Shown here piece after piece: positions 1-9,787 of a DNA stretch of 64,000 nucleotides. The stretch is from the NCBI GenBank assembly GCA_963770895.1, contig CAVYRF010000002.1, forward strand, positions 3,296,001 to 3,360,000, in the 5' to 3' direction. The position numbers and the translations under genes were made by a program. This stretch comes from an uncultured Acidobacteriota bacterium. GTDB taxonomy: Bacteria; Acidobacteriota; Thermoanaerobaculia; Multivoradales; UBA5704. The first letter of the stretch is position 1. Every line of letters begins with the position of its first letter. The notes beneath the pieces are model-generated. The model searched no databases. It was given only the letters and a program-made list of their open reading frames with translations, and was not told the DNA's origin.

Positions 1-234
1 GAAACCAGGGCACGGTGGGCCGGCAACATGGCGATGGACTCCCAGCAGGTTGCGGCGACGGACGGCACATCCAAGGCCGCGGAGGGCCGGCGCCCGTCAA
101 ACCAGGTCAAGATGCGAACCCGGCAAGCGCCGGGACATGGACAGCGACGGCTGAGCGAGCGGGCCGGTCCGCGGATTCCGGGCTCCGGGTCCACCGGCGC
201 GAATGGCGCGACCGGCAAGCGACCTGACGTGCCG

Positions 235-1050
235 CTAACGCCCCGTCAAGGTCGCCGCGGGCCTGCCCGCGCGCGGCAGCCGCAGCAGCTTGGTGCCGTT
301 TGCAGGCAGGCTGGTGCGCTGGTCGCCGCCGCCCGCCCGCAGCCAAATATAGCGCAGCACCACCGCCTCGTCGGTCACCGCGTGGCTGAAGGACACCGAA
401 GCCACCCCGAACGCCGTCGAGCGATCGTCGAAGCGGCCGATCCCCGAAGCGAAGTCGATCTTGCGATACTCCAGTCCGATCATGGGGTACAGCTCACGCC
501 CGCGGCGCAGCGCCGCCGCCACCACCGCCGACACATCCGCGGATCGATCCAACCCGGGCTGCAGGCCGTAGAACACCAGAGGAAACCGCGGCTCCGCCGT
601 CTCCGCATAGCGCAGGTAGTCGACAAAATACCGCCCCACCTCGGGGTCGTCCGCCGACGCCGCCAGCGGATTGTCCGCGTCCGCCACAAAATGCACCGCC
701 ACCCCCATGCTCGCCACGATCTCGTCGAACGGACGATGGGTGCGGATCGCCGTCACCGCCTGCGCCACCGCCTCCTCCAGCGCGGCATTCAACCCCCCGC
801 TGCCGTCGGCACTCTGATGATGGCGGGCCGGGTCGGAATCGGAGAAGGGGCGCACCACCCCGGACAGATACGCCGCCCGGCGCCGCACCAGCTGCCGCGC
901 CAGGTCCGGCGGCGCCAGCTGCGCCGCCTCCCAGGCCATCGTCTCCTGCATGCGAGGAGTCCACGCCCAAGCCCCAGCCCGCGGGAGAGCCAGGTACATC
1001 GCGGCGAACACCAACATCGAACGCCATGGCCGGTAGCGCAGACTCGCCAT
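235..1050 (-). CDS. Secreted phospholipase C/P1-nuclease-fold-like hypothetical protein
   Basis: Signal peptide ending AGAWA then Trp as first mature residue, and an HFVAD motif; ATG at 1050 inside ORF 235..1563. Confidence 0.45.
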   Translation of the reverse strand: MASLRYRPWRSMLVFAAMYLALPRAGAWAWTPRMQETMAWEAAQLAPPDLARQLVRRRAAYLSGVVRPFSDSDPARHHQSADGSGGLNAALEEAVAQAVTAIRTHRPFDEIVASMGVAVHFVADADNPLAASADDPEVGRYFVDYLRYAETAEPRFPLVFYGLQPGLDRSADVSAVVAAALRRGRELYPMIGLEYRKIDFASGIGRFDDRSTAFGVASVSFSHAVTDEAVVLRYIWLRAGGGDQRTSLPANGTKLLRLPRAGRPAATLTGR

Positions 1051-1122
1051 GCGTGCACTATTGTACAGAGGAACCCTGCGCCCCCGCGTCTCACCGCGCC
1101 CCGTCGACCCAAGGAGGAGTCC

Positions 1123-1392
1123 GTGCCCGCCGCGAGTCCCCGCCACCTCGACGTGACCGGCACCTTCTGCCCCCTCCCCATCCTCCTCGCCGCCCGCGAG
1201 ATGCTCCGCCTCGCCACTGGCGACCTGCTGGAAATCGTCGGCGACGACCCCGCCATCCTGGAAGACATGCCCGTCTGGTGCGAACGCGCCGGCCACCGCC
1301 TGGTCCAGATCGAAGACCGCGACGGCCAGATCATCTCTCTGGTCGAAAAAGGCGCCGCCCCCCGCCGCCAACCTAAGCCCCGCCGCACCTGA
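1123..1392 (+). CDS. tusA: TusA-family sulfur carrier protein
   Basis: LDVTGTFCPLP (CPxP) motif and DDP..EDMPVWC; AAGGAGG RBS before GTG at 1123. Confidence 0.85.
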   Translation: MPAASPRHLDVTGTFCPLPILLAAREMLRLATGDLLEIVGDDPAILEDMPVWCERAGHRLVQIEDRDGQIISLVEKGAAPRRQPKPRRT

Positions 1393-1605
1393 TCCCCCGC
1401 GGGCGCCGGCGTCGGCGGCCGCGACGACCGCTCCGGACGGCGCCAGTCGCAGCTTCACCAGGAGCGGCAGCACCGATCCACCAGCCCCAACCGTACCCGT
1501 TTGATCCCAAACCATATCCAGCTGGTCGTCAACCAACCGTACCCAGCAGGTCCCAAACCGCATCCGCCGCCTTCAATCCAGGGGCGCGCCGGCTCCGTCC
1601 GGGGT

Positions 1606-2829
1606 CTACGGCGGTGACGCCGTCACCACTTCCGCCAGCGCTGCCAGCAAAGTGTCGATCTCCTCGCGGGTGTTGTAGTAGTGCGGAGACATCCGCAGCA
1701 CCGACACCGCCCGCTTCGCATCCATGTCCCACACCCCATGCGAGCGGGTCGCGGAGCTCGTATTGATGCCACGCTGGCGCAGCCGCTGTTTCACGTCCGC
1801 CGCGCGCCACCCCTGGATCTCCGCCGTCACGATCGCGCACCGCTCCCCGCCGCGGTCCAGCACCCGCGCCCAAGGCATCGCCGCCAGCCGTTCGCGCAAC
1901 TCCGCCGCCAGCCCCCAGGCGCGAGCGAACCCGCCCTCGCCAACCTGCAGCGCATACCGGGCCGCCGCCCCCATCCCCAGGACCAACGCGTAAGGGAGCT
2001 CCCACTGTTCGAACCGCCGCGCCCCCGCAGCCAGCTCATACCCACCCGTCCCCGTCCACTCCGCCCCCCGCAGATCCGGCAACATCGGCCGCGTCCCGCG
2101 AGCAATCGCCGCCCCAGACACATACAGGAATCCGATCCCCCGCGGCCCGCGCAAGAACTTCCGCGCCGACGCCGCCAGAAAATCACACCCCAGCCGCCCC
2201 ACATCCACCGCCATCTGCCCCACGCACTGGCAAGCATCCACCAGGAACGGCACCCCCGCCGCCGCGCACACCGCGCCCACCTCCGCCGCCGCCTGCACCA
2301 ACCCCGAATTCGTCGGCACCCACGACAAGCAGACCAGCTTGCACCGCCCATCGCTCACCAGCTGCCGCACGCTCGCCGGGTCGATCCCCCCCTCCGGCCG
2401 CTCCGCCGCCACCACCGTCTCCACCCCAAACCGCTCCCCCAGCGCCAGGAACATGATCTGGTGCGAAGGGTAGTCGCACAGACTCGTCACAATCCGATCC
2501 CCCCGCTCCAGCCCCAGCGACCCCAGCACCACCTCCACCCCCCGCGTCGCACTCTCCACCACCGCAATCGCCCCCGCACCCGCCCCAATCAGCTCCCCAA
2601 TCGCCTCATACACCCCCGCCACCCGCTCCCAAGCCTCCTCCGCCGCCTCATACCCCCCAATCTCCGCCTCCCGCCGCCAATGCCCCTCCACCACCTCGAC
2701 CACCCCCCGAGGCATCAACCCCGCCCCCGCATTATTGAAATGCACCCGCCCCGCACACCCCGGCGTCTCCGCCCGCCACTCCGCCACCCGCGCCTCCACC
2801 AAATCCCCGTTCAGGTCCCCGTTCGTCAT
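1606..2829 (-). CDS. Class V PLP-dependent aminotransferase (cysteine desulfurase/EgtE-like C-S lyase)
   Basis: HFNNAGAG, VDACQCVGQ, ASARKFLRGPRG (PLP lysine), RMSPHYYNT. Confidence 0.85.
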   Translation of the reverse strand: MTNGDLNGDLVEARVAEWRAETPGCAGRVHFNNAGAGLMPRGVVEVVEGHWRREAEIGGYEAAEEAWERVAGVYEAIGELIGAGAGAIAVVESATRGVEVVLGSLGLERGDRIVTSLCDYPSHQIMFLALGERFGVETVVAAERPEGGIDPASVRQLVSDGRCKLVCLSWVPTNSGLVQAAAEVGAVCAAAGVPFLVDACQCVGQMAVDVGRLGCDFLAASARKFLRGPRGIGFLYVSGAAIARGTRPMLPDLRGAEWTGTGGYELAAGARRFEQWELPYALVLGMGAAARYALQVGEGGFARAWGLAAELRERLAAMPWARVLDRGGERCAIVTAEIQGWRAADVKQRLRQRGINTSSATRSHGVWDMDAKRAVSVLRMSPHYYNTREEIDTLLAALAEVVTASPP

Positions 2830-3035
2830 CGCCAGTCCCCTCAAGTCCCCCACCAAGCCCGCCAAGCCAGCGGCTCCCAGGCCCCCCCCGTTCCCTTCCG
2901 GCTGCAATTGCGACCAGCATAGCCGCCCCCACGCCTCCGGCGCCCTCCCCAAGCCCGCACCTCTCCCCGTACCTTGACGACCATCCCTGCACCTGCTACA
3001 AACTACCCCCCTCGGAGGCCGCACCAGCCTCCCCT

Positions 3036-3111
3036 GCCCAGGTAGCTCAGTTGGTAGAGCACGTGACTGAAAATCACGGTGTCGGCGGTTCAATTCCGTC
3101 CCTGGGCACCA
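3036..3111 (+). tRNA. tRNA-Phe(GAA)
   Basis: 76-nt cloverleaf GCCCAGG...CCTGGGC-ACCA; anticodon arm CGTGA-CTGAAAA-TCACG; T loop GGTTCAATTCC. Confidence 0.98.
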
Positions 3112-3179
3112 AATAATACCAATGAAATCAGCGATTTAGTGATAGTCGACGGGCAAGGTGTCTTTGCCTGTTTGGCGCC

Positions 3180-3201
3180 TGGGCTGCCGCTGGGCTGTCG
3201 C
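3180..3201 (+). repeat. Two tandem 11-bp repeats TGGGCTGYCGC, putative integrase arm-type sites (left end)
   Basis: The same motif occurs three times at 54208-54250, upstream of the second integrase. Confidence 0.7.
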
Positions 3202-3268
3202 AGATCGGGTTTCGCGACCCCTGCCAATCGGCGGCGACGGGTCTAGAATTGCCGGTGAGGGAGCCTCC

Positions 3269-3586
3269 ATGATCGCCGCGACCCCGACCACCTACGAGCA
3301 CATCGCCCTGGACGACCAGGGTATCCCGTGGATACCGGCAGCCAACACCAAGGTGGTCGAGCTGGTCGCCAGCGTCAGGGCGCACGGCTGGAGCCCCGAA
3401 GAGCTGGTCTTCCAGTATCCCCATCTGACCCTCGGCCAAGTGCACTCCGCTCTCGCCTTCTATTGGGACCACCAAAAAGAGGTCGATGCGGACCTGGCCC
3501 GCCGCGAGGCATATGCGGAGCGTCTGCGCGCCGAGCAGGGCGACTCGCCCGTCATCGCCAAGCTGAGAGCCCGGGGCCTGATCTAA
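3269..3586 (+). CDS. DUF433 antitoxin
   Basis: HI..D..GIPWI, GWSPEEL..QYPHLTLGQVHSALAFYWD. Confidence 0.85.
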   Translation: MIAATPTTYEHIALDDQGIPWIPAANTKVVELVASVRAHGWSPEELVFQYPHLTLGQVHSALAFYWDHQKEVDADLARREAYAERLRAEQGDSPVIAKLRARGLI

Positions 3587-3588
3587 CC

Positions 3589-3800
3589 TTGCCGGTTCGT
3601 CTCTACTTCGACCACAACGTAAACCAGGCAATCGTCCACGGTCTCTCCGCGGTCTGTCCCCTCCGTCTTTGAAGACGGGACGTACCGTTTTCCCGACTCG
3701 GATCTGCTGGACCGGGCAATGGCGATCGGCCGGGTGCTCGTCTCCTGCGACCTGGACCTGGTAGTCGAGGCCCGCTGCCGCCAGCGCGCCGGTAGCGTCT
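3589..3800 (+). pseudogene. DUF5615 PIN-like toxin, disrupted
   Basis: VRLYFDHNV in one frame and GRVLVSCDLD in another; directly after DUF433; 3' end approximate. Confidence 0.7.
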
Positions 3801-3942
3801 CTCAATGGGCGGCTGCACCGGCGCGGCACGGCAGGGACCTGCTTCACCCTTGTGCCTTGCACCCTGCCGCTGAACAGGCGTACGCCCAGGTGTGGGCGCC
3901 GCAGCGCACTAGGCATAGAATGGACCTGGAGGGACGTTGCTT

Positions 3943-4191
3943 ATGGCGCCGCGTGACAATCTCCATCGGCTGGTGGACTCTCTCCCCGAGAGCGAGCTGG
4001 AGCGCGCCGAGCGCGTGCTTGAGGCGTTGCGCCTGGTGGCCGACCCGCCCTATCGGCCGCTGGAGGACGCTCCCCTTGACGACGAAGCCGAGACCCCCGA
4101 GGAGAAGGCGGCGGTGGCCGAGGCGCGGGACGACGTGGCGGTCGGGCGCGTGGTTTCCCATGAAGAGGCAAGGCGGCGCTGGGGCCTTTAG
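3943..4191 (+). CDS. Putative antitoxin
   Basis: Small acidic protein (LHRLVDSLPESEL...GRVVSHEE) abutting a RelE-like gene. Confidence 0.7.
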   Translation: MAPRDNLHRLVDSLPESELERAERVLEALRLVADPPYRPLEDAPLDDEAETPEEKAAVAEARDDVAVGRVVSHEEARRRWGL

Positions 4192-4467
4192 GTGGAGCAG
4201 CCTCCTCCGCCACGCCTCCGCCTTGATTGGTCGACTCGGGCGCTGCGAGACGCCGATCGACTCGATCCCAAGACCCGCACGAGGGTTGTCGCGGCGCTCG
4301 ACCGCTACGTCGAGACGCGCCACGGTGACGTGGCGAAGCTGGCCGGCATCGACCCACCGGAATATCGCCTGCGGGTCGGTCCATGGCGCGTGCGCTTCAC
4401 ATGGGACCAAACCGCCGGCGTTGTGACCGTTCTGCACATCTTCGGGCGTGGCCAGGGATACGAATAG
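4192..4467 (+). CDS. RelE/ParE-family toxin
   Basis: DVAKLAG..EYRLRVGPWRVRF...VLHIFGR. Confidence 0.85.
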   Translation: MEQPPPPRLRLDWSTRALRDADRLDPKTRTRVVAALDRYVETRHGDVAKLAGIDPPEYRLRVGPWRVRFTWDQTAGVVTVLHIFGRGQGYE

Positions 4468-5079
4468 GGGAGAGAGCGGAGAGCGTCCCGCTGTTCCGTT
4501 CGCGTGTAGGCCGCCGATTCGTGACCGTGGCAAGGGGGGGCTTCCGCCGCTCACCCCGAGCTGGGTCGGCAGTCGATCGACGCTGGCTCGCCGAGGAAAG
4601 ACCGTAGCTCCAACCACCTCCCGCCCACCGCCCGGGTCCTGCCGCTCCCATCGTCCCGGAGTCCGAGTTTTTCCAGACGGGCATCGACCGGTGGTGCTCC
4701 CGTTAACCGGCGCCGGGACCGTCCATCGATGTCGGCCGCAGGACCACGGCGGCGTCGTCTACCCCCTCCCCTACGGCAGGGGCACCGCAAGGACTCGGCC
4801 GGGTCGCTTCACCCGTCAGATTCGGCAAGGCCCTCCGCCCTGCTGCTTTTTTCACTTAACTTGGTACTTAGTTATCGGGTCTAAATGTTGTGGGTGCAGG
4901 ATTCTAGGCCGTTCAGCGGTGCCCCCAATCGGTCGTGCATGGTGCTCCTCACTCCCGGTGGGGTACTGCATCGCCGATGGACACACTACTTCTCTGCCGT
5001 CCCCTCCCGAGCCGTCACAGCGTCACAAAGCCTGATCCATAAGGGTTTGTGCCCATTCTCGATCCGTCACAGCTCCTCG

Positions 5080-5180
5080 TGCGTATTCCGGCGAAAGTGG
5101 ACAGCCGTTCCGATCCAAAGTGGACAGCAATCGGAGCGAAGCGACGCTCAGGTGATCCTCAGTTGAAGGTGTCCACTTTG
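5080..5180. mobile_element. Isolated IS21-like terminal remnant
   Basis: Begins TGCGTATTCCGGCG with repeated AAAGTGGACAG boxes and an inverted TGTCCACTTT; resembles 29066. Confidence 0.55.
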
Positions 5181-5200
5181 AGGTCTCGAGATCTCCTCTC

Positions 5201-6655
5201 TTGTTTCTGACCCTGCACGGCACCACGGTCGCACGCCGTGCGCTCGACAGTGCGATCAACGGCCAGGTTCTCGACGTGTGCCAAAGGCCCGTGCCTGCCG
5301 CAAGTTTCCTCGCCTTTTTCGCCGATCGCAACCGAACTGCCGGCGAGTCCCCCGCCTCCGGAGATCTGCCCATGCCCGACATCGAGCCCGTCACCCCGGG
5401 CGCCCACGAGAAGCCGCGAGAAGTGTTCATCTCCTATGCCTGGGGAGACGAATCCCCGGAGGGGAAAGTTCGCGACGAGGCCGTCGAGCGGCTTCAGGCT
5501 GCGCTCACCGCGGATGGACTCCTCCCGGTCCGCGACCGCGATCAGCTGCACTCAGGCGCGCGAATCTCGTCCTTCATGCGCCGCCTCACCCAAGCCGATG
5601 TCGTGGTGACCATCATCAGCGACAAGTACCTGCACTCTCCGTACTGCATGTACGAGATCTACAGGCTCTGGCAGCGCAGCCAAGACGTCCCCGACGACTT
5701 GGCGCGGCATCTCGTTCCGGTCATCCTCCCCGAGGTGACGATCGGCAGCTTCGACGCTCGCGTGCCCTACCTGCAATTTTGGTCGGACCGCGCCGCCAAG
5801 CTCGAAGCGCTGATCCGCGATCCGAACCTCCAGCCCTCCCGCGAGTCTTGGGACGAGGTGCGCCTGGTGTGCGAGTTCGCGCACCACGTGGACAGCATCC
5901 TGGTCTTTCTCCAAGACATCCTCATGCCCCGCAACCTCGACGCTCATTTCGACAATGGGTTCAAGGCCGTGCGGGAAGCCTTGCACAGCCGCCTGAAAGC
6001 CCCGGAACTGGCAAACCATGCCACGGTCTTGCCCCCCGCAAGAGCGGACGCACCTATTCCCGACGTCGACGTCGAACCCCGCCTCCAGACAAAGCTACGC
6101 GTTCTGGTTCTCGCAGCCAACCAGGACTGGGGGGGCATCCAGCTCGATCTGGACGAAGAGATGAGGAGCTTGCAGGTCGAGCTGGGAAGCGTCAGATTCA
6201 GGGACCAAATCTCCCTCAAAGTCATCCACTCGGTGCGCCCGGACGACCTGCTACGGCATGTCCGATCGGAGAAGCCCCATATCGTCCATTTCAGTGGCCA
6301 CGCCTCCAAAACCGGCATTGCGCTTCGTGACGATCGAGGCGGAAGCATCGAGGTGACGGGGTCAGCGCTGCGGCGTTTCCTGAAAGATCGCGGGGTCCAG
6401 CTCTTGGTGCTCAATGCTTGCTACACCCAGGACCTTTGTACTGAAGCCTCCAAGGTGGTCGGAGCCGTTGTGGGAACGACCGAAGGCATCAGCGACGAGC
6501 AGGCACAGCGTTTTTCCACGGCTTTCTATCGCGCCATCGGCGACGGGCTCTCCGTTGGAGAAGCCTTTCGGGATGGCGGCGATGCCGTTGTGCTCCACGG
6601 TCTGCAAGACGCATTCTGGAGCGAGGGCAACCTGGACCAGATCCTGCTCCAGTAA
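5201..6655 (+). CDS. TIR domain + CHAT (caspase-like) protease protein, probably 5'-truncated (alternative ATG 5372)
   Basis: TIR: VFISYAW, SDKYLHSPYCMYE; CHAT: PHIVHFSGH and LLVLNACYT. Confidence 0.85.
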   Translation: MFLTLHGTTVARRALDSAINGQVLDVCQRPVPAASFLAFFADRNRTAGESPASGDLPMPDIEPVTPGAHEKPREVFISYAWGDESPEGKVRDEAVERLQAALTADGLLPVRDRDQLHSGARISSFMRRLTQADVVVTIISDKYLHSPYCMYEIYRLWQRSQDVPDDLARHLVPVILPEVTIGSFDARVPYLQFWSDRAAKLEALIRDPNLQPSRESWDEVRLVCEFAHHVDSILVFLQDILMPRNLDAHFDNGFKAVREALHSRLKAPELANHATVLPPARADAPIPDVDVEPRLQTKLRVLVLAANQDWGGIQLDLDEEMRSLQVELGSVRFRDQISLKVIHSVRPDDLLRHVRSEKPHIVHFSGHASKTGIALRDDRGGSIEVTGSALRRFLKDRGVQLLVLNACYTQDLCTEASKVVGAVVGTTEGISDEQAQRFSTAFYRAIGDGLSVGEAFRDGGDAVVLHGLQDAFWSEGNLDQILLQ

Positions 6656-6853
6656 GCGTGAAGCAATACCGAGACGGCCGCCGGTAAGGCGGTTTCATTC
6701 CTCCCGCGGTCCCAACCTCGAGGTATCTCGCGGAGTGCCACCGCGGAGTTTCTCGCGACATGCGAGCCCGACCGAGGCGCCCGTGTATAGCTCGTAGATC
6801 TTTGGACCTCGGATAATGTAGGGCCCCGAGCAGGGGCCCCCGAGGAGACCGAG

Positions 6854-7156
6854 ATGTCGAGGAAGAGCGAGCGGAAGCCGGAGGAGCGGGTTGAGGCGGT
6901 TCTGGCGTTGCTGAGGCGCGAGGAGCCAGCAGCGGCGCTGGCGCGTCGGTACCAGGTCAGCGAGGCGACGATCTATCGCTGGCGGGACCAGTTCGTGGCG
7001 GCGGGTACGGCAGGGGTGGCCAAGCCGGATGGCGCTGGCGATCAAGCGTCGGCGCGGCGAATCGAGCAGTTGGAGCGCGAGGTGGACAAGCGCGCCCAGA
7101 TCATCGGCGAGCTCTCGATCGCCAACGACATTTTAAAAAAACTGCAACCCCGTTAG
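6854..7156 (+). CDS. IS transposase OrfA (HTH)
   Basis: LARRYQVSEATIYRWRDQF helix-turn-helix followed by a coiled coil. Confidence 0.85.
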   Translation: MSRKSERKPEERVEAVLALLRREEPAAALARRYQVSEATIYRWRDQFVAAGTAGVAKPDGAGDQASARRIEQLEREVDKRAQIIGELSIANDILKKLQPR

Positions 7157-7158
7157 CG

Positions 7159-8148
7159 TTGACGGAAGAGCTGAAGATCATGATCCGCGATGCCGTCAAG
7201 GCTCATCCCGAAGCGAGGCTCAAGGCAGTCGTGCGCGCTTTAGGGCTGGCGTGTTCAAGCTTCTTTAGGCAGAGAGTTGCATTACGACGTCGCCCTGGTC
7301 CGCGTCCGCGTCCGCTCGATCCGGAGAGGAGCGCGGTCGTCCGGAGCTTCGCCTTGCAGTATCCGTGGTGGGGTTACAAGCGCCTGGCTGTGGTGCTGAG
7401 GCGGGCCGGCGAAGCGGTCACGAATCGCTTCGTCTACCGAGTTCTGAAGGCAGCGGGCCTGTTGATCCGCAAGCGCAGCCGAGACGCCGAGATCTACCAG
7501 GCGGCTCGGCTTTTCGAGCTACTGCCTCGCGGTCCCAATGAACTCTGGCAGGCTGACGTGACGTACATCCACATCCCTGGTCATGGCTGGCGGTACGCAG
7601 TCACCGTCATCGATTACTACAGCCGCTATTTGCTGGCGATGCACTTGTCGGCGAGTTTCGACGCGTCGGCGCTGATCGTGGGCATCGACCAGGCCCTCGC
7701 CGAAGCGGAACGGCTTCATGGCCCGCTCCTGCGGCGGCCAACGCTGGTCACGGACAACGGCGCGAGCTTCCTGTCGCGGCGCTTCCAAGGGCACATTGCT
7801 GCGAGTCTGGATCACATGCGGACCCGCTACCGGACGCCTGAGCAGCTCGGCCTGCTCGAGCGCTTCCACCGGACGCTCAAAGACGAGGAAGTGCACTGGC
7901 AACTCTACCGCTCGCCGCAGGACGCGAGGGAGAAGCTCGAAGCCTTCCGCCAGCGATACAACGAGATCAGGCCGCATTGGGCGCTGGTGGCGCCTTCGGG
8001 CGGCGATCCCATCACCCCTGCCGAGGTCTACCGGGACGCCAAGGTCGTCCAACTACCGGCGTGGCAGGGTTGGGCAAGGGCTGCCAAGGAAAAGCTGGAA
8101 AAGCTTCAGCTAGGGCAACAGCTGTACGTGGAGGCGATCCCGGCCTGA
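7159..8148 (+). CDS. IS transposase OrfB (DDE integrase core)
   Basis: WQADVTY, VIDYYSRY, TDNGA, ERFHRTLKDE. Confidence 0.9.
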   Translation: MTEELKIMIRDAVKAHPEARLKAVVRALGLACSSFFRQRVALRRRPGPRPRPLDPERSAVVRSFALQYPWWGYKRLAVVLRRAGEAVTNRFVYRVLKAAGLLIRKRSRDAEIYQAARLFELLPRGPNELWQADVTYIHIPGHGWRYAVTVIDYYSRYLLAMHLSASFDASALIVGIDQALAEAERLHGPLLRRPTLVTDNGASFLSRRFQGHIAASLDHMRTRYRTPEQLGLLERFHRTLKDEEVHWQLYRSPQDAREKLEAFRQRYNEIRPHWALVAPSGGDPITPAEVYRDAKVVQLPAWQGWARAAKEKLEKLQLGQQLYVEAIPA

Positions 8149-8163
8149 CCGCCGGAGACGAGG

Positions 8164-9120
8164 TCACACACAAACCGACCAACCGGGTCCATCTGATCTC
8201 CGAGCCAAGACACCCGGGCCGGAGCTGCGCGTCCAGGCCTTGATGCCGGTACCACAACCTCGCGGTTTTCCCCACCTCGCCGCCGCTTCGTCTACAGTGC
8301 TCGGGACCCGCCGGCATGGGCTTGCCAATCCTCGGGGCACTTCTCGGCCACAAACAACCAAGCGGGTGTCTGCGCTTAGAGAAGGGCCGACCCGGAGCCC
8401 CTGCTTGGACAGGACCAAGAGCTGGTCGGCTTGCGGAACCGTGAGCGGCACGCTGCCGTCCCCGAGCCACTTGTACACAAAAACCGTCACTTGATCGCCC
8501 ACCTGCAGTTCCGCCGGCGCTTGCATATCCTCGCTACAGAAGATGTAGGACCCGATCCGGAAGTGCGCGATAGGCGAAAGCAAATAGATGCTCGAAAGAG
8601 CCTGCGCAGTTGCCGCGCGCAATGTCTTGGTAACTGAGACGGAGGCGATGGTACTGGGCGTTCCAGCTCCAGACAAGAATCCGGGTGTCCTGGCTGTGAC
8701 GGTGCCAACGTAGACTCCGACCGAGTTAGCGGCCAAACTTTCGAGACTTCCCGTCGATGAAGCTGGCGCAGTGATGTGGCCAAATGCAGAGTTGACGGTA
8801 TAGGTGATGCACTCGCTTGCGCTGACCTCAGCCACTGTCGTGTCGTTTGTGGCGCCGGAGCCGAGTTCCTTTGCCAACTCGCGCACGACACTGTGCAAGT
8901 AGCTGTCCTCCGAGGTGTCGCCGATCAGATCGTAGTTGAGGACATGATCTCGGTCGGCAGCCGCTGTCGCCGAGACCCAAACAGGAGGAGCGTTGTCGAT
9001 TCCTTTATCCCGAGGGAACTGAATCACGTCCGGCAGCGCACTCCCAGGCGCCTGCCCCAGCGCAGTGCCTGCCCCACCTAACTGAGACGCCACTACTAGG
9101 AGAACCAGCAAGAATTTCAT
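8164..9120 (-). CDS. Secreted hypothetical protein; C-terminus runs into the IS end
   Basis: Signal peptide MKFLLVLLVVASQLGGAGTALG; lower GC; no family recognised. Confidence 0.6.
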   Translation of the reverse strand: MKFLLVLLVVASQLGGAGTALGQAPGSALPDVIQFPRDKGIDNAPPVWVSATAAADRDHVLNYDLIGDTSEDSYLHSVVRELAKELGSGATNDTTVAEVSASECITYTVNSAFGHITAPASSTGSLESLAANSVGVYVGTVTARTPGFLSGAGTPSTIASVSVTKTLRAATAQALSSIYLLSPIAHFRIGSYIFCSEDMQAPAELQVGDQVTVFVYKWLGDGSVPLTVPQADQLLVLSKQGLRVGPSLSADTRLVVCGREVPRGLASPCRRVPSTVDEAAARWGKPRGCGTGIKAWTRSSGPGVLARRSDGPGWSVCV

Positions 9121-9787
9121 GTGTGTGTAGCCCTTTCTTGATGCGCCTCGTTAATCGGGTGAAATCGCTTGGCGGGCGCGACGCCATGCTTCAAGCTAGG
9201 AGCCACAGCGCTTGATGGTACATCCGTATCAAGGATCGACACCGAGAATGACTCCCCAGGAAAAGCGATGACCCCAGTGTCGCCGCGCGGCCTCCCCGAC
9301 GAACCCTTCCGACAGAGTGTAGGTAAGCACGGCTTACCCACTCGCGGCTTCTGCAACTATTTCATATCATGCGTAACTTCTTTGCGGACCTGATTACAGG
9401 AGGGAGCGCGGCCTCGCCGAGTGGCCCCACAGCTACCCCCTGCAGGTATAGTTGCCTAAGCCAGCCATCCAGAGACAAAGCAATCGCGGCTGCTGCGTAA
9501 TTCAGGTTGGGGGGCGCCTGCAGCAGCCTGCAGTCCGGCGATACCCCTTAGGCTCCGACGGCGGCGCCACGGCGCCGGGGATCGGACGGTGGGGCGGCGA
9601 CTGCCGGCGGGCGCTCCAGGCCGCCCGCAGCCGGGGGGTGCGGGCCGAGGACCCGCCGTGCTCGAGCTTGTTTTCGCCGGCCGGTTGTGGCGCGGTGCCG
9701 CAGGTGGAAGGCGTGCCCCGGCCGTTCGGAGGCGTCGCTGTACGAACCGGACATGGCAGACGCCGGCTGAGCCCAACGGCGCACCGA

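Larger units (their letters stand above)
6784..8212 (+). mobile_element. IS3-family insertion sequence
   Basis: TGT...ACA imperfect inverted ends, 4-bp CCCG target duplication, orfA/orfB, TTTTAAAAAAA slippery site near 7131. Confidence 0.85.

Noticed and set aside
1606-2950. Extreme C-run skew on the plus strand as a G-quadruplex or repeat element
   Set aside because: Explained by G-ending codon choice in the minus-strand aminotransferase; no periodic unit.
1123-3111. TusA + desulfurase + tRNA as a dedicated thiolation system
   Set aside because: The genes are convergent ordinary housekeeping neighbours; the sequence gives no evidence of linkage.
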